Shown: one piece after another, positions 50,543 to 62,837 of the stretch
How the letters are laid out: every line of letters begins with the position of its first letter
Numbering within the stretch: the first letter of the stretch is position 1
Assembly (NCBI GenBank): GCA_963722385.1
Contig: CAVRKK010000002.1
Coordinates: 1,152,001-1,216,000 of the forward strand
Direction of reading: 5' to 3'
From: an uncultured bacterium
Lineage (GTDB): Bacteria; Babelota; Babeliae; Babelales; Babelaceae
DNA length: 64,000 bases
Notes under the pieces: generated by a model
What the model was told of the DNA's origin: nothing
The model's database searches: none
What the model saw: the letters and a program-made list of their open reading frames with translations, nothing else
Position numbers and translations under genes: made by a program

Positions 50543-50715
50543 GGTCTGTCAAGAAGTTTGTGTAAACGGACTAATATCATAAAGCAAGCTTACTCTCGAA
50601 GTGAACAGCAAACTGCATTAATGCCAGCCCCCAATTCTGTATCGGCCTAGTCTATCTCCGTGAGGCATTTTTTAATGCAAGATATATTTGTTTGAGAGCT
50701 GCCTCATCTGATGGT
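50543..50715 (-). mobile_element. IS256-family remnant (transposase C-terminus and right end)
   Basis: DEAALKQIYLALKNAS...PIQNWGLALMQFAVHF followed by TTACACAAACTTCTTGACAGACC. Confidence 0.8.
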
Positions 50716-50899
50716 TTTCTCAATGTTGCGATGGTAGTCCAGGCCCTAAAGTCCTGTGGCTTGGCTTTCGAGCTTTATCGTACATTACTCAAACTTACCT
50801 TATCTTCCACTTTAAAGGTAGGTAAAGGATTGACTGAAGTCGAGGGCTTCTAGCTTCAGGTAAAAGCAAGCTGTTAGTTAATAAGCTGAGTGTGTTCGT

Positions 50900-51160
50900 C
50901 CACCCTATGATGAGAAAAGTATCTTTTAAGAAAGAATGCAGCACAGGCCATGGCTGTTATAAAAGCTACCCCACTGCTAACGCTGATTCCTATTATACAA
51001 TCAGTGTTGCATAATGTATTGTCCGAGCTACCTTGTTGTTGTAAAGTTGCTATAGTAACGCTACCTAAGGTCTCATCACCAGACTGATATGATCCGGCAG
51101 CAGCAAGATATGCTCCGTTAGGTGAAAATGCTACTGAATTAGGATTTAAGGCCGTGTTAT
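50900..51160 (-). pseudogene. Third beta-propeller-family relic, interrupted by ISAs1 copy 2
   Basis: Minus strand reads LNPNSVAFSPNGAYLAAAG; boundaries approximate. Confidence 0.6.
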
Positions 51161-51170
51161 TTCAACAGGG

Positions 51171-52417
51171 CAGGGCCGGCTCACTTAAAAAATTAAAAAA
51201 CTAAGATATAATGGTTCTCAAAAAAAACCGGGAGAACCAAGATGGAAGACAGAAATATTAGTTTTTTGGATTATATAGGTGAGCTAGAAGACCCAAGAAT
51301 TGAAAGAGGAAAACTGTATTCAATGGCAGATATTCTTTTTTTAACTCTGGTAGGGGTTATAAGTGGGTGCGAGGGTTGGAAAGATATCGAATACTACGGA
51401 AAAGCTCGATTAGACGTACTTAAAAAGTATCTACCATTTGAAAATGGGGTACCAAGCGATGATACGTTAAGGAGATTTTTTAGAGCACTTGATCCTAATG
51501 AGTTTTCTAAAATATTTGTAAAATGGGTAAGCGATTTAGTAGCATCAGTAAGGGATAACAGAGACACTGATGATGCAAGAACAGTAGCCATAGATGGGAA
51601 AGTGACAAAAAGAAGCTTTGATCAGGGTGAAACAGAAGATAAAGAGCCTCTTTATCTAGTCAATGCATTTGCGACAGATGTTAGAATGGTCCTTTGTCAA
51701 AAAAAGGTAGAAGGAAAATCGAATGAAATAACGGCTATCCCGCAGCTCTTGGACTTAATTGATATCTGCGGTGCGATAGTGACGATTGATGCAATAGGGA
51801 CCCAGAAAAAAATTGCTCAAAAGATTATTGACAAAAAAGGGGATTATTTGCTTAATGTAGGGCAATCAAGGTGATCTTCTTGAAGAAATAAAAACTTTCT
51901 TTGAAATAGAAAGCGAATCAAAGTATATCAATATTAAGCATGATACATTTTCAGAAACAGAAAAAGGGCATGGTCGAATTGAGATCAGGACTTGTACAAC
52001 AACCGATCAAATAGGCTGGCTTTCTAAAAAAAATGATTGGGTCTCACTAAAGAGCATTGCCTGTATACAATCAGAGCGATTGATTGGTAAGAATAAGACT
52101 ATAGAAAAACGTTACTACATAACAAGTATTCCTGCATCAGCAGAAAGAATATTGCGCGCCGCAAGAAGTCACTGGTTAATAGAGAATTCGATGCATTGGG
52201 TACTCGATGTTTGCTTTAATGATGATCAATCGAGAATTCAAAAAGGTAATGCTCCTCAAAATGTAGCGACCATCAAAAGTTTGGCGCTTAACTTGCTCAA
52301 ACGAGCCCAGCCATTGGTTGATAAATACATCAGTATCAAATGTCTTCGAAAGCTGTCTTGCTGGCAACCTAGCACTTTGGAATTAATTGTCAATCAAATT
52401 TAGATGAGCCGGCCCTG
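51171..52417 (+). mobile_element. ISAs1-family IS, copy 2 (frameshifted transposase; ORFs 51242-51874 and 52080-52403)
   Basis: Same IRs as copy 1; 10-bp TSD TTCAACAGGG; near-identical to 25872-27119. Confidence 0.96.
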
Positions 52418-52699
52418 TTCAACAGGGTTACTTCCTGGTAAACCTAATGTTAAATTACTAGCATTACCAATTAAGTAGATGTTATCCATAAGAATCTCCT
52501 TTAATTAGATAAGGTACCCAACATCTTTCTGTCTATTATAAGCATTGTTTTCAATTTATCAAGAGGGCTTTGTCAACTGGCAGGGGCTCCCGGCAAGCTG
52601 GGTATGAGTGTTTAAAGTTTTAAGCTAAACCGGTTTTGCTTTCTTAAAAAGTTTGGTTATACTTAATGAGCAATATAATTTTGCGGTTTTTTGGAAATC

Positions 52700-52975
52700 A
52701 TGAAAATACGTTTTCTTATTTTGATTTTCTCTCTCAATGCCTTTTGGCAAAGTCAAGTGGCTATTGCTCAGGCTCCTTCGGTCCAATCAGGCAACCCTGA
52801 TTGCGGTTGCCAAGAATTTTATCGGGAAGAATGGATGGTCGAGAGCGTGCCTAACAAATTATTTGATTTTCTTGAGCGCCATGAAGATCAAGTAGTGCCT
52901 TTGGCTATCGTTGCAATGTTTAGCATTGCTCTCTATCAGTGCTATCAGCATTACCGGCAAGAAAGTGCTCGATAG
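52700..52975 (+). CDS. Small hypothetical secreted/membrane protein
   Basis: Signal peptide and C-terminal TM helix. Confidence 0.6.
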   Translation: MKIRFLILIFSLNAFWQSQVAIAQAPSVQSGNPDCGCQEFYREEWMVESVPNKLFDFLERHEDQVVPLAIVAMFSIALYQCYQHYRQESAR

Positions 52976-53126
52976 GTATAATTTGCAAAAATTGGTAAAA
53001 ATGGTATCTTAAATACTAAACCGTCTTAATGGTTTGAGCAAATCGTTTGTAGATCATCATTCCTTGCCGTAATTTTTAAGAAGCTTAGGGTTAGGATTTT
53101 ATATACTAAATATAGGGATTATTCAG

Positions 53127-53507
53127 ATGCCCACGACAAATCAGCTGTCTCGCGCTGAGCGAGTAAATGCAAAAATTAAATCGAAGAGTCCGGCGCTTAA
53201 GGCTAAGCCGCAAGCGCGGGGTGTATGCTTGAGGGTTTTTACGCAAACGCCAAAAAAGCCCAATTCAGCATTGCGTAAAGTTGCCCGCGTTAAGCTTTCA
53301 ACGGGCCTCGAAGTAACCGCTTATATCGGCGGCGAAGGGCATAATCTTCAGGAGCACTCGGTCGTGCTTGTGCGTGGTGGCAGGGTTAAAGATTTGCCAG
53401 GCGTAAAATACCACGTTGTACGCGGGGCGCTTGATACAGCTGGTGTAGCTAATAGAAAACAAGGCCGTTCTTTATACGGTGCTAAGCGCCCAAAGGCTAA
53501 GGAGTAA
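53127..53507 (+). CDS. rpsL: 30S ribosomal protein S12
   Basis: [20 protein letters not shown]. Confidence 0.99.
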   Translation: MPTTNQLSRAERVNAKIKSKSPALKAKPQARGVCLRVFTQTPKKPNSALRKVARVKLSTGLEVTAYIGGEGHNLQEHSVVLVRGGRVKDLPGVKYHVVRGALDTAGVANRKQGRSLYGAKRPKAKE

Positions 53508-53516
53508 AGGTAGATT

Positions 53517-54002
53517 ATGGCAAGACGTAAAACAGTCTCTTTCATACGCGATATTGGCGCTGATGCTCGTTATGGATCAAGAGATATTCAAAAGCTTATT
53601 AATGTCATCATGGAGCGGGGAAAAAAAGAGATTGCTCGTGGCATAGTATATGAGGCGTTTGATGTTTTAAAGCAGCGCGCTGGAAATGATGAAGAAAAAG
53701 CCCTGCAGGTCTTCAGAAAGGCCCTCGACAATATAACGCCAGCTATTGAAGTTCGCCCTCGACGCGTAGGAGGCAGTGTGTATCAGATTCCTACCGCCGT
53801 ACATGCTCGCCGTGCGCAATCGCTCGCTATGCGCTGGCTTAAAACAGCGGCAGCAACGCGCCGTCAAGATAAAAGCATGGGTATGCGAATTGGCAACGAG
53901 CTTTCTGAAGCAGCCGAAGGCAGAGGAAATGCCGTGAAGAAAAAAATTGATATGCATAAGATGGCAGAAGCTAATCGCGCCTTCTCGCATTATTCCTGGT
54001 AA
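53517..54002 (+). CDS. rpsG: 30S ribosomal protein S7
   Basis: RRVGGSVYQIP, HKMAEANRAFSHY. Confidence 0.99.
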   Translation: MARRKTVSFIRDIGADARYGSRDIQKLINVIMERGKKEIARGIVYEAFDVLKQRAGNDEEKALQVFRKALDNITPAIEVRPRRVGGSVYQIPTAVHARRAQSLAMRWLKTAAATRRQDKSMGMRIGNELSEAAEGRGNAVKKKIDMHKMAEANRAFSHYSW

Positions 54003-54011
54003 AGGTGTGAT

Positions 54012-56099
54012 ATGAGTATCCCTCTCGAGCGATTTAGAAATATAGGTATAGCAGCACATATAGATGCGGGCAAGACAACCGTTACTGAGCGAATATTATT
54101 TTACACGGGCGTTTCTCATAAAATAGGCGAGGTCCATGAGGGAGCGGCTACTACCGATTGGATGGAGCAAGAAAAAGAGCGTGGTATTACTATTACGGCC
54201 GCTGCTATTAGCTGTGTCTGGAAAAACTATCAAATTAACATTATTGATACGCCTGGTCACGTTGACTTTACTATTGAGGTTGGTCGGTCATTGCGCGTCC
54301 TTGACGGTATGATTGCTGTTTTTTGTGGCGTAGGCGGTGTGCAGCCTCAGTCTGAGACCGTATGGAGGCAAGCTAATCGCTATCGCGTTCCTCGCATTAT
54401 TTTTGTTAACAAGCTTGATCGCATTGGCGGTGACTATTTTAAAGTATTGAGCGATATCAATGCTAAGTTGCATGCTAATGCTGTTGCCATGCAGATACCT
54501 GTTGGTGCATCGGATCAGTTTAAGGGCATTATTGACCTGCTCAGCCGCAAAATGGCGAACTTTGGCGAGGGCGAAGATAGGGGAATTACGATTACGTGGT
54601 CGGATGTGCCTTCTGAATATAAAGATCAGGTTGAAGAATGGCGCCTGAAGATGGTTGAAAAAGCTTGTGAAGTCGATGAGCGCCTTATGGACAAGTTCTT
54701 AAACGAAGAAGAAATCACCGTTGATGAGATTAAGGCGGCATTGCGTAAAGGTGTTTTAGAGAGAAAAGTTACGCCAGCTTTTGCGGGATCGGCTTTTAAG
54801 AATAAAGGTGTCCAGCTTGTCCTTGATGGAGTACTTGATTATCTGCCCTCGCCATTGGATATACCGCCAGTTAAGGGAGAAAATCCATCTACCGGCAAAT
54901 TCGAAGAAAGAATTACTGATCCTAAGGCCCCCTTCGCTGGGCTCGTTTTTAAAATCATGACCGATCCATTTGTTGGTATGCTCAGCTTTGTGCGAGTCTA
55001 TTCGGGGACGCTTAAGTCCGGGTCATACGTTTTTAACCCTATTAAAGGGGTTAAGGAGCGGGTGAGTCGCTTGGTGCGCTTGCACGCCAATAAGCGGGAA
55101 GAAATAGATGAGCTGAGTGCAGGTGATATTGGCGCCGTGGTTGGCCTCAAGGACCCAAATACGGGGGATACGATTTGCGATGAGCAAGCGCCGGTTCTGC
55201 TTGAAAAAATTGATATACCAGCCACGGTGATTTCGGCATCCGTTGAGCCTAAATCAAAGACCGATTATGAGAAAATGGTGGCGGGATTAAGAAAGCTTAT
55301 GCAGGAAGACCCTTCTTTCCAGTTTAGTTATGATAAAGAGACTGGCCAGACGGTTATTCGTGGTATGGGTGAGCTTCATCTTGAGATCGTGCTTGATCGT
55401 CTTAAGCGCGAGCATAAGGTCGATGTAACCCAGGGCAAGCTTCAGGTGGCCTTTAAGGAAACCATTCAGAAGCCTGCTGAGGCTGAAGGGAAGTTTATTC
55501 GTCAAACGGGCGGGCATGGTCAGTATGGCCACGTGTGGCTATCAATCGAACCGCTTGAGCGCGGTAAAGGTTATGAGTTCGAAAGTAAGATTGTGGGGGG
55601 AACCATTCCGCGAGAATATGTCCCTGCTATTCAGAAGGGGCTCGATGAGGCGCGGCTTACCGGTATTTTAGGTGGGTACCCTGTGGTAGATATTAAGGCA
55701 AGCCCATTTGAGGGCTCTTACCATGAGGTTGACTCTTCTGAAATCGCATTTAAGATCGCGTCAATACTTGCTTTTAAAGCGGCGATGGCCAAAGCGGATC
55801 CCGTCCTGCTTGAACCGATTATGCGTGTTGAGGTAGAGACGCCTGATGAGCATATGGGCGATGTCATGGGGGACTTGAACGCTCGTCGTGGCCGTATATT
55901 GGGCATGGATGCAAAGCCCGGTGGTCAAAGCATTGTTGCAGAAGTTCCGCTTGCAGCAATGTTTGGTTATGCGACGCAATTGCGTTCTATGACGAAAGGG
56001 CGAGCGAGTTACTCAATGGAGTTTCAATGCTATCGCGAGGTGCCAAAGCATGTTCAAGAAGAGGTACTGAGCGCAGCTAAAACATCACAAGGCGGATAA
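54012..56099 (+). CDS. fusA: Elongation factor G
   Basis: [37 protein letters not shown]. Confidence 0.99.
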   Translation: MSIPLERFRNIGIAAHIDAGKTTVTERILFYTGVSHKIGEVHEGAATTDWMEQEKERGITITAAAISCVWKNYQINIIDTPGHVDFTIEVGRSLRVLDGMIAVFCGVGGVQPQSETVWRQANRYRVPRIIFVNKLDRIGGDYFKVLSDINAKLHANAVAMQIPVGASDQFKGIIDLLSRKMANFGEGEDRGITITWSDVPSEYKDQVEEWRLKMVEKACEVDERLMDKFLNEEEITVDEIKAALRKGVLERKVTPAFAGSAFKNKGVQLVLDGVLDYLPSPLDIPPVKGENPSTGKFEERITDPKAPFAGLVFKIMTDPFVGMLSFVRVYSGTLKSGSYVFNPIKGVKERVSRLVRLHANKREEIDELSAGDIGAVVGLKDPNTGDTICDEQAPVLLEKIDIPATVISASVEPKSKTDYEKMVAGLRKLMQEDPSFQFSYDKETGQTVIRGMGELHLEIVLDRLKREHKVDVTQGKLQVAFKETIQKPAEAEGKFIRQTGGHGQYGHVWLSIEPLERGKGYEFESKIVGGTIPREYVPAIQKGLDEARLTGILGGYPVVDIKASPFEGSYHEVDSSEIAFKIASILAFKAAMAKADPVLLEPIMRVEVETPDEHMGDVMGDLNARRGRILGMDAKPGGQSIVAEVPLAAMFGYATQLRSMTKGRASYSMEFQCYREVPKHVQEEVLSAAKTSQGG

Positions 56100-56125
56100 T
56101 AGTTACATGTTGTTTGGAGATAACG

Positions 56126-57316
56126 ATGGCAAAAGGTGTATTTGAACGTACGAAGCCTCACGTTAATGTTGGAACTATCGGTCACGTTGACCATGGTAAG
56201 ACAACCCTGACGGCGGCGATTACAAAGGTTCTTTCAAGCAAGGGTCTTGCAGAAGCGTTAAAATTTGATCAGATTGACAAAGCCCCTGAGGAAAAAGCGC
56301 GTGGTATTACGATTGCGATTTCTCACGTAGAATATGAATCTGCCAAGCGGCACTATGCGCACGTTGACTGCCCTGGGCATGCCGACTACGTTAAGAATAT
56401 GATCACGGGTGCTGCTCAGATGGATGGGGCAATCTTGGTCGTTTCAGCAGCAGACGGTGCTATGCCGCAAACGCGCGAGCATATTTTGCTTTCCAAAAAC
56501 GTAGGTGTGCCGGCCCTTGTCGTCTTTTTAAATAAAGTCGATATGGTTGATGATCCTGATATGGTCGACATGGTCGAAGAAGAAATTCGGGATCTTTTGA
56601 ACAAATACGACTTCCCGGGCGACAAAATACCGGTTATTCGCGGATCAGCATTAAAAGCGCTTAATGGCGATCAAGGTCCGCTTGGCGCCGAAGCGATTAT
56701 GAAACTGATGGACGCGCTGGATTCATATATTCCTGAACCTGTTCGGGAAGTTGATAAGCCATTCTTAATGGCGGTTGAGGGCGTATTGAGCATCTCTGGC
56801 CGTGGAACCGTGGCTACCGGGCGTATTGAGCGTGGTCGTATTAAGGTGGGCGAAGAAGCTGAGATTCTTGGCTTTAGCGCGAATATGAAAACAACGGTTA
56901 CCGGTCTTGAAATGTTCCGTAAGAGCCTGAACGAAGGTGAAGCTGGCGATAATGTCGGGCTTCTTTTGCGCGGCGTTAAGCGTGAAGAAATTGAGCGAGG
57001 CATGGTGGTAGCCAAACCGGGCACCGTTAAGCCACACCGGAAGTTTAAGTGCTCTGTGTATGTCCTAAGTCAGGACGAAGGTGGCCGTACGACGCCATTC
57101 TTTACGGGTTACCGTCCTCAATTTTACTTTAGGACGACTGACGTGACCGGCAACGTGGCGTTGCCAGCAGGGCGTGAAATGGTTATGCCTGGCGACAACG
57201 TTGATCTTAGCGTTGAGCTGATTGCGCCTATTGTTATGGAAAAGGACGTTCGTTTTTCAATCCGTGAGGGTGGTAGAACGGTTGGTTCTGGTGTAGTTAC
57301 TGAAATTATAGAATAA
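56126..57316 (+). CDS. tuf: Elongation factor Tu
   Basis: [34 protein letters not shown]. Confidence 0.99.
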   Translation: MAKGVFERTKPHVNVGTIGHVDHGKTTLTAAITKVLSSKGLAEALKFDQIDKAPEEKARGITIAISHVEYESAKRHYAHVDCPGHADYVKNMITGAAQMDGAILVVSAADGAMPQTREHILLSKNVGVPALVVFLNKVDMVDDPDMVDMVEEEIRDLLNKYDFPGDKIPVIRGSALKALNGDQGPLGAEAIMKLMDALDSYIPEPVREVDKPFLMAVEGVLSISGRGTVATGRIERGRIKVGEEAEILGFSANMKTTVTGLEMFRKSLNEGEAGDNVGLLLRGVKREEIERGMVVAKPGTVKPHRKFKCSVYVLSQDEGGRTTPFFTGYRPQFYFRTTDVTGNVALPAGREMVMPGDNVDLSVELIAPIVMEKDVRFSIREGGRTVGSGVVTEIIE

Positions 57317-57330
57317 TAGGTTGTCACGCG

Positions 57331-57636
57331 ATGAAAAAGCAAAAAATTCGTCTGACCTTGCGATCGTTTGACCACCAGCTGCTTGACAAAGCTGTCAGGC
57401 AAATAGTGTTGACGGTAAAAAGAACGGGCTCGCCTATGGTGGGTCCTGTTCCCTTGCCTAATAAAAGGCGCTGTTTTACGGTGCTGCGATCGCCTCATAT
57501 AGATAAAAAATCACGTGAGCAGTTTGAATTAACAACGCATAAGCGTATTCTTGACATTGTCACGCCCTCAGATCAGACAATGGACGCGCTTATGAAGCTG
57601 AACATATCATCGGGCGTTGATGTTGAAATTAAGTGA
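57331..57636 (+). CDS. rpsJ: 30S ribosomal protein S10
   Basis: [20 protein letters not shown]. Confidence 0.98.
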   Translation: MKKQKIRLTLRSFDHQLLDKAVRQIVLTVKRTGSPMVGPVPLPNKRRCFTVLRSPHIDKKSREQFELTTHKRILDIVTPSDQTMDALMKLNISSGVDVEIK

Positions 57637-57642
57637 GGGATC

Positions 57643-58263
57643 ATGATCAAGGGTATTTGGGGTAAAAAAATTGGCATGACGCAGGTTTTTTCAGAGAACC
57701 AGGTCGTACCCGTTACCGTGATTGACGTTTCCCGTTGGCTTGTTATCCATATTAAGACGAAAAGTACTGATGGGTATAATGCGGTGCAGTTAGGCCGTGT
57801 GCGTGATGATTTTACGCTTGAGTCTTTTTCAGCAGAATGGCTCAAGGACGGCAAAAAATACTTTAGCACCGTTAAAGAAGTCTCGTTGCCTGATGAAGAG
57901 CATGCATTGGCCGTTGGTCAGGCTGCTGATATTGGTGACATTCTTGCTCAGGGTGATAATGTTGACGTGACGGGAATAACGATTGGCCGCGGTTTTCAGG
58001 GTGCTATGAAGCGCCACGGATTTTCGGGAGGACGAGCAAGCCATGGTTCTAAGCTTGGAAGGAAGCCAGGATCGTTGGCTGGTTTTAGGCGGCAAGGCCG
58101 TGTTCCACCGGGCAAAAAAATGCCGGGACACATGGGTGTTGAGCGGCGCGTCATGAGAAACTTAAAAGTGGTTAAGGTCGAGCCTGCGGCGCATATTCTC
58201 TTTATAGGGGGATCAGTGCCTGGTAAATCTGGATCGTTGGTATTTGTGCGTAAACGCGGGTAG
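57643..58263 (+). CDS. rplC: 50S ribosomal protein L3
   Basis: GKKIGMTQVF, GFQG..KRH.F, KMPGHMG. Confidence 0.98.
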   Translation: MIKGIWGKKIGMTQVFSENQVVPVTVIDVSRWLVIHIKTKSTDGYNAVQLGRVRDDFTLESFSAEWLKDGKKYFSTVKEVSLPDEEHALAVGQAADIGDILAQGDNVDVTGITIGRGFQGAMKRHGFSGGRASHGSKLGRKPGSLAGFRRQGRVPPGKKMPGHMGVERRVMRNLKVVKVEPAAHILFIGGSVPGKSGSLVFVRKRG

Positions 58264-58266
58264 GAT

Positions 58267-58914
58267 ATGGTTAATCAAGAAAAGAAAGCGCCGATACAAA
58301 ATATAAGCCGTGTCGTCTCATTGGAGGAGCTTGGGTATACGGCTGAGAATCCCGTCCTTGCAGATGCGGCATTTTCGGATTATGTGCGGGCTCTGATGCA
58401 GAATACGCGACAAGGTACGGTTGCGACCAAGACACGGGGTGAAGTGGCTTTTGCAAACAAGAAGCCGTGGAAGCAGAAAGGAACTGGCCGCGCTCGTGCA
58501 GGAAGCCGGCGTTCGCCATTGTGGCGCAAGGGGGGAGTAACATTTGGGCCCCAGGCACGCGTGAGAACGCTCAAGGTATCTCCTGCAACTAAGCGAAAAG
58601 CGCTTGCAGCACTCCTTCGGCAAGGTGTCGAGCAGGGTAGAATTATTTCGCTTAATTGGGCACTTGATGCTGACAGGCCAAAGACTGCGCTTGCTTATCA
58701 GGCGCTTAGGGATGCTGGTTTGCATGATAAGAGAGTTGTTCTCTTTATTGGGCGCGATGATTACCAAACGCAAGCCTCATTTAACAACCTGAGCGATGTG
58801 TATATGCTCTTATTTGACCAGCCCAACGCGTACGCTTTGGCTTCCGGCGATTACTGGGTTTTCTTATCAAAAGATACCGAAGCTTTTAAAAATATGGTTG
58901 GCGCATGGATTTAA
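58267..58914 (+). CDS. rplD: 50S ribosomal protein L4
   Basis: [18 protein letters not shown]. Confidence 0.97.
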   Translation: MVNQEKKAPIQNISRVVSLEELGYTAENPVLADAAFSDYVRALMQNTRQGTVATKTRGEVAFANKKPWKQKGTGRARAGSRRSPLWRKGGVTFGPQARVRTLKVSPATKRKALAALLRQGVEQGRIISLNWALDADRPKTALAYQALRDAGLHDKRVVLFIGRDDYQTQASFNNLSDVYMLLFDQPNAYALASGDYWVFLSKDTEAFKNMVGAWI

Positions 58915-59225
58915 GTATTTATAATGTTATAAAAGGGCCTTGGGTCACATCTAAAGCATATGGGCTTAATCAGAAGCTGAAGCAACTGGTACTTGAAGTT
59001 CATCCTCAGGCTAATAAGCCTATGATTGCTCAAGCGCTCAAAAAGCTCTTTAATGTTGAGATAGAGGATATTCGTGTCGTGCTTTTAAAAGGAAAGAGAC
59101 GCCGCGTAGGCCGCCACACGGTGTTTGGCAAAAAACGCAAAAAAGCCGTGATAGCACTTAAGAGCGGGTATTCGGCCGATCTCACCGGTTGGACTTCCGC
59201 TGCTGAAGAAGCTCAGCGAGCATAG
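58905..59225 (+). CDS. rplW: 50S ribosomal protein L23
   Basis: ANK..I..A...LFNV, KKA.I.L; operon position. Confidence 0.95.
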   Translation: MDLSIYNVIKGPWVTSKAYGLNQKLKQLVLEVHPQANKPMIAQALKKLFNVEIEDIRVVLLKGKRRRVGRHTVFGKKRKKAVIALKSGYSADLTGWTSAAEEAQRA

Positions 59226-59251
59226 ACGGTAAGGGAAAAGGAAAAACAACA

Positions 59252-60067
59252 ATGGGTATTATAGCAAGAAAGCCGCGAAATCCTTCGCTTCGGTTTCAGA
59301 CGTTTGTCGATACGAGCGATATTACCAAGAAAGAGCCGGCGCGCCGGCTGGTACGCGGTATAAAAAAGAAAGGCGGACGCAATGCCTATGGTAGAGTAAC
59401 GGTACGTGGTCGGGGCGGTGGTGCAGTGCGAAAGTACCGTATTATCGATTTTTCGCGTGTGGTGCGTGATCTACGCGGTCGCGTAACCTCAATCGAATAT
59501 GACCCAAACCGCAATGTGCGTATAGGGCTCGTGGCTTACGAGAATGGCGCGAAGCATTATATGCTGATGCCTCAAGGGTTGCAGGTTGGTGATTTTGTGA
59601 TGGCCGGTCGCAATGCTGAACCCAAGATAGGAAGCAGCTTGCCGTTGCGTAATATCCCTGTTGGGTTTGTGGTGCATAACGTTGAGATGACGCCGGGTTC
59701 CGGGGGCAAGCTTGCGCGGAGTGCTGGTGTGGGCATACAGCTTACAGCCAAGGAAGGTGATTACGCCACCCTTAAGATGCCATCAGGAGAAATACGCAAA
59801 GTTCATCTTGAATGTTGGGCGAGTGTTGGTTCGTTGGGTAATGCTGACCAAAAAAATATAACGCTTGGTAAAGCTGGGCGCACGCGCTATCTGGGATTTC
59901 GGCCGATTACCCGTGGTATCGCGAAAAACCCCGTTGACCACCCGATGGGCGGTGGTGAGGGACGATCTAAGTCTGGCAAGCATCCGCAATCACCTACGGG
60001 TAAGGGAAGCAAGGGAACCAAGACGCGACGTCGGGAAAATCCATTGATTCTCAAGAGAAGAAAATAA
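59252..60067 (+). CDS. rplB: 50S ribosomal protein L2
   Basis: IEYDPNR, NPVDHPMGGGEG. Confidence 0.99.
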   Translation: MGIIARKPRNPSLRFQTFVDTSDITKKEPARRLVRGIKKKGGRNAYGRVTVRGRGGGAVRKYRIIDFSRVVRDLRGRVTSIEYDPNRNVRIGLVAYENGAKHYMLMPQGLQVGDFVMAGRNAEPKIGSSLPLRNIPVGFVVHNVEMTPGSGGKLARSAGVGIQLTAKEGDYATLKMPSGEIRKVHLECWASVGSLGNADQKNITLGKAGRTRYLGFRPITRGIAKNPVDHPMGGGEGRSKSGKHPQSPTGKGSKGTKTRRRENPLILKRRK

Positions 60068-60092
60068 GTTACGTTAAGTGGGGAAATAAAGA

Positions 60093-60380
60093 ATGGCTCG
60101 ATCTGCCAAGAAGGGTCCTTTTGTTGAGGAGTCACTTCTCAAAAAAGTGAACCGTATTAAAACATCTGGCAAAAGAGAAGTGATCAAGACATGGTCACGT
60201 TGTAGCATGGTTACGCCTGATTTTGTTGGCCTGACGTTCGCTATCCATGATGGCAAGCGGTTTATTCAGGTTTTTATTACTGAAAATATGGTTGGGCACC
60301 GCTTGGGTGAGTTTGCTCCAACGCGTATCTTCCGGATGCATAGCGGTCAGCGTAAAACAGGTGCTGCGCCTGCCTCCTAA
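60093..60380 (+). CDS. rpsS: 30S ribosomal protein S19
   Basis: [21 protein letters not shown]. Confidence 0.98.
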   Translation: MARSAKKGPFVEESLLKKVNRIKTSGKREVIKTWSRCSMVTPDFVGLTFAIHDGKRFIQVFITENMVGHRLGEFAPTRIFRMHSGQRKTGAAPAS

Positions 60381-60469
60381 CGAAGATATGAGAAAGAACA
60401 TGAGAAGGCTAGTTGATGCTTGTGGGTAATTAGTGTAGAATGGTAATAATGCTTTTATAAAGGTTCGCT

Positions 60470-60814
60470 ATGTATTTTGTTGCAAAAGCTTCGTATGTTC
60501 CTTATTCACCTTATAAGCTCCGGCCTCTTGCTAATGTGATACGCGGTAAGCCTGTTGCCTATGCGCTTGGCTGGTTGCACACCTATAAAAGTAGGCGGTC
60601 GCGACCATTAAGGAAGGCGCTTGAGTCTGCTGTCGCTAACGCTAAGCATTTAAAAAATATTGAGCCTCAAGAGCTTTCTATTAAAGAAGTTCGGATTGAT
60701 CAGGGGCCGTTTTACCGTTATTTTAAGCCAGGTGCTCAGGGGCGAGCGGTTATTCAGCGTAAGCGGCTGTGTCATATAAGTTTTACCCTTGAAGCTCGTC
60801 ATCAGGAAGTATAA
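60470..60814 (+). CDS. rplV: 50S ribosomal protein L22
   Basis: SP.KLR...IRGK, SAVANA, P.AQGRA. Confidence 0.97.
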   Translation: MYFVAKASYVPYSPYKLRPLANVIRGKPVAYALGWLHTYKSRRSRPLRKALESAVANAKHLKNIEPQELSIKEVRIDQGPFYRYFKPGAQGRAVIQRKRLCHISFTLEARHQEV

Positions 60815-60833
60815 ATATTAAGAGGAATTAATT

Positions 60834-61487
60834 GTGGGACAAAAGGTTAACCCAATCAGCTTTCGGGTAGGAGTTTATCGTAGCTGGGATGCTCGCTGGT
60901 TTCCCCGTAGTGCAGCTGCGTATGCGCAAAATTTTTTCGAGGACTTAGAGATTCGAGAATTTTTTGAAAAGAATTTTGCCAATGCCGAAGTTGAGCATGT
61001 TGAGATTGAAAAGACTGGGGATGCTTTGCGTGTGGTAGTGCATGCGGCACGACCGGGTGTTTTGATTGGCAAAAAAGGCCAAGAAATGGATGCGATTCGT
61101 AAAAGGCTTGCTGGTCGTCTCAACCGAGGCAATGTCGAAGTATCTGTCCAGGAGGTTAAAAATCCCGACCTCTCTGCTCAGCTTATAGCACGGCGTATTG
61201 CCGATCAGCTTGAAAGACGCGGAAGTCATAAAAAAGCTATGAAAAAAGAGGCATCGGGAGCGATACGTGCTGGTGCCCAGGGGATAAAAATACGTGTTGC
61301 TGGTCGTGTAGGTGGTGCTGAAATTGCGCGTGACGAATGGGTGCGTATTGGCAAGGTGCCGTTGCATACATTGCGTGAGGATATTGATTATGGCTTTCAA
61401 GAAGCGCAAACGACGTACGGCAAAATTGGCGTTAAGGTGTGGGTAAGTAAGGGAAAATTTAAATCTATCCGAGACGAAGCGAGGTAA
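60834..61487 (+). CDS. rpsC: 30S ribosomal protein S3
   Basis: GQKVNP, RPGVLIG, PLHTLR.DIDY; GTG start. Confidence 0.98.
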   Translation: MGQKVNPISFRVGVYRSWDARWFPRSAAAYAQNFFEDLEIREFFEKNFANAEVEHVEIEKTGDALRVVVHAARPGVLIGKKGQEMDAIRKRLAGRLNRGNVEVSVQEVKNPDLSAQLIARRIADQLERRGSHKKAMKKEASGAIRAGAQGIKIRVAGRVGGAEIARDEWVRIGKVPLHTLREDIDYGFQEAQTTYGKIGVKVWVSKGKFKSIRDEAR

Positions 61488-61491
61488 TGCC

Positions 61492-61929
61492 ATGTTAATG
61501 CCGCGCAAAATAAAATATCGTAAAGTTCAAAGAGGCAACAGGGCTGGGCGTTCTAAGGGTGCCCGTGATGTTCAATTTGGCGAGTATGGGTTACAGGCGC
61601 TTGAGCCGGTATGGCTGACGGCGCAGCAAATTGAAGCGATGCGGGTTACGATTTCACGTAAGCTTAAGAAAGTAGGAAAGCTTTTTTTGAGAGTTTTCCC
61701 CGATAAGCCAATTACCAAGAAGCCTGCGGAAACGCGTATGGGTAAAGGTAAGGGCGGCGTCGAACTTTGGGCTGCGGTGGTAAAAAGAGAACGCGTCATA
61801 TGCGAGGTTGGCGGCCTTGATGAGGCGACTGCCAAGGAAGTATTGCGTTCAGCAGCTTATAAGCTTCCTATGAAAACCCGTATTGTTAAAAAAGAGGCGG
61901 CATCAATTGCCCCCGAGGCAGGTGTGTGA
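61492..61929 (+). CDS. rplP: 50S ribosomal protein L16
   Basis: [20 protein letters not shown]. Confidence 0.99.
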   Translation: MLMPRKIKYRKVQRGNRAGRSKGARDVQFGEYGLQALEPVWLTAQQIEAMRVTISRKLKKVGKLFLRVFPDKPITKKPAETRMGKGKGGVELWAAVVKRERVICEVGGLDEATAKEVLRSAAYKLPMKTRIVKKEAASIAPEAGV

Positions 61930-62144
61930 TGAAGGTTAAGCTACTTAAGGAAGAGCTGAAACAGCTTTCGGTTAGTGACCTTGAGGCTCGTATTGAGGAG
62001 TTTCGACGGGAGCTTTTAACCCTGCGTTTGCAGGCGGCAACGTCGCCGGTCAAGTCATTGGCTTCGACCAAGCGCGGTCTGCAATATGCAATTGCATGCG
62101 GATTGACGTTTTTAAATCAAAAGAGTAAAGCAATGAGTGTATGA
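61926..62144 (+). CDS. rpmC: 50S ribosomal protein L29
   Basis: Size, EL..LRLQ.A, position between rplP and rpsQ. Confidence 0.9.
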   Translation: MMKVKLLKEELKQLSVSDLEARIEEFRRELLTLRLQAATSPVKSLASTKRGLQYAIACGLTFLNQKSKAMSV

Positions 62145-62443
62145 TGGAAGAGCAACGTACAATAAGCTCTGAGACGGCTGAGAAAAAGCATGTGCTGATC
62201 GGCAAAGTTGTCTCAGACAAAATGACTAAAACGGTTGTTGTCCGCGTAGAAAGGACGTACCTTCACCCGCGCTTGAAAAAAGTGGTGCGTACGAGCAAGA
62301 GCTATAAAGTGCATGATGAGCATGCAAGGGCGCACAAGGGTGACGTCGTTAAGATTTATGAAGGGCGGCCGCAATCGAAGACTAAATATATGTATTTGGC
62401 CGAGGTGATCCAAGCGGTTAGCTCGCCAGATACGACAACGTAG
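62141..62443 (+). CDS. rpsQ: 30S ribosomal protein S17
   Basis: [22 protein letters not shown]. Confidence 0.98.
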   Translation: MMEEQRTISSETAEKKHVLIGKVVSDKMTKTVVVRVERTYLHPRLKKVVRTSKSYKVHDEHARAHKGDVVKIYEGRPQSKTKYMYLAEVIQAVSSPDTTT

Positions 62444-62453
62444 AGGTAGCGCT

Positions 62454-62825
62454 ATGATTCAAAAGGAATCATCTTTAGAGGTTGCTGATAATTCTGGGGC
62501 AAAATTGTTAAAGTGCATTCACCTTGTGGGCAGCACTGGCAAAAGGTTTGCCCGTATTGGTGATCTGATTCGGTGTTCGGTAAAGAGCGCTATTCCTGGA
62601 GGCCAAGTTAAAAAGGGCGATGTTGTTACGGCCGTGATTGTGCGTACCGTTAAAGAATTTCGCCGTGAGGACGGGAGTTATATTCGGTTTGGCGAGAATG
62701 CTGCAGTTCTTATCAAATCGGTTGATGATCTTACGCCGCTTGGTACACGTATTTTTGGTCCGATAGCACGTGAAATTAAAGCTATCAGTCCGAAGATACC
62801 TTCGTTAGCGCCTGAAGTATTGTAA
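62454..62825 (+). CDS. rplN: 50S ribosomal protein L14
   Basis: [22 protein letters not shown]. Confidence 0.99.
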   Translation: MIQKESSLEVADNSGAKLLKCIHLVGSTGKRFARIGDLIRCSVKSAIPGGQVKKGDVVTAVIVRTVKEFRREDGSYIRFGENAAVLIKSVDDLTPLGTRIFGPIAREIKAISPKIPSLAPEVL

Positions 62826-62837
62826 GGATATTGTTAT

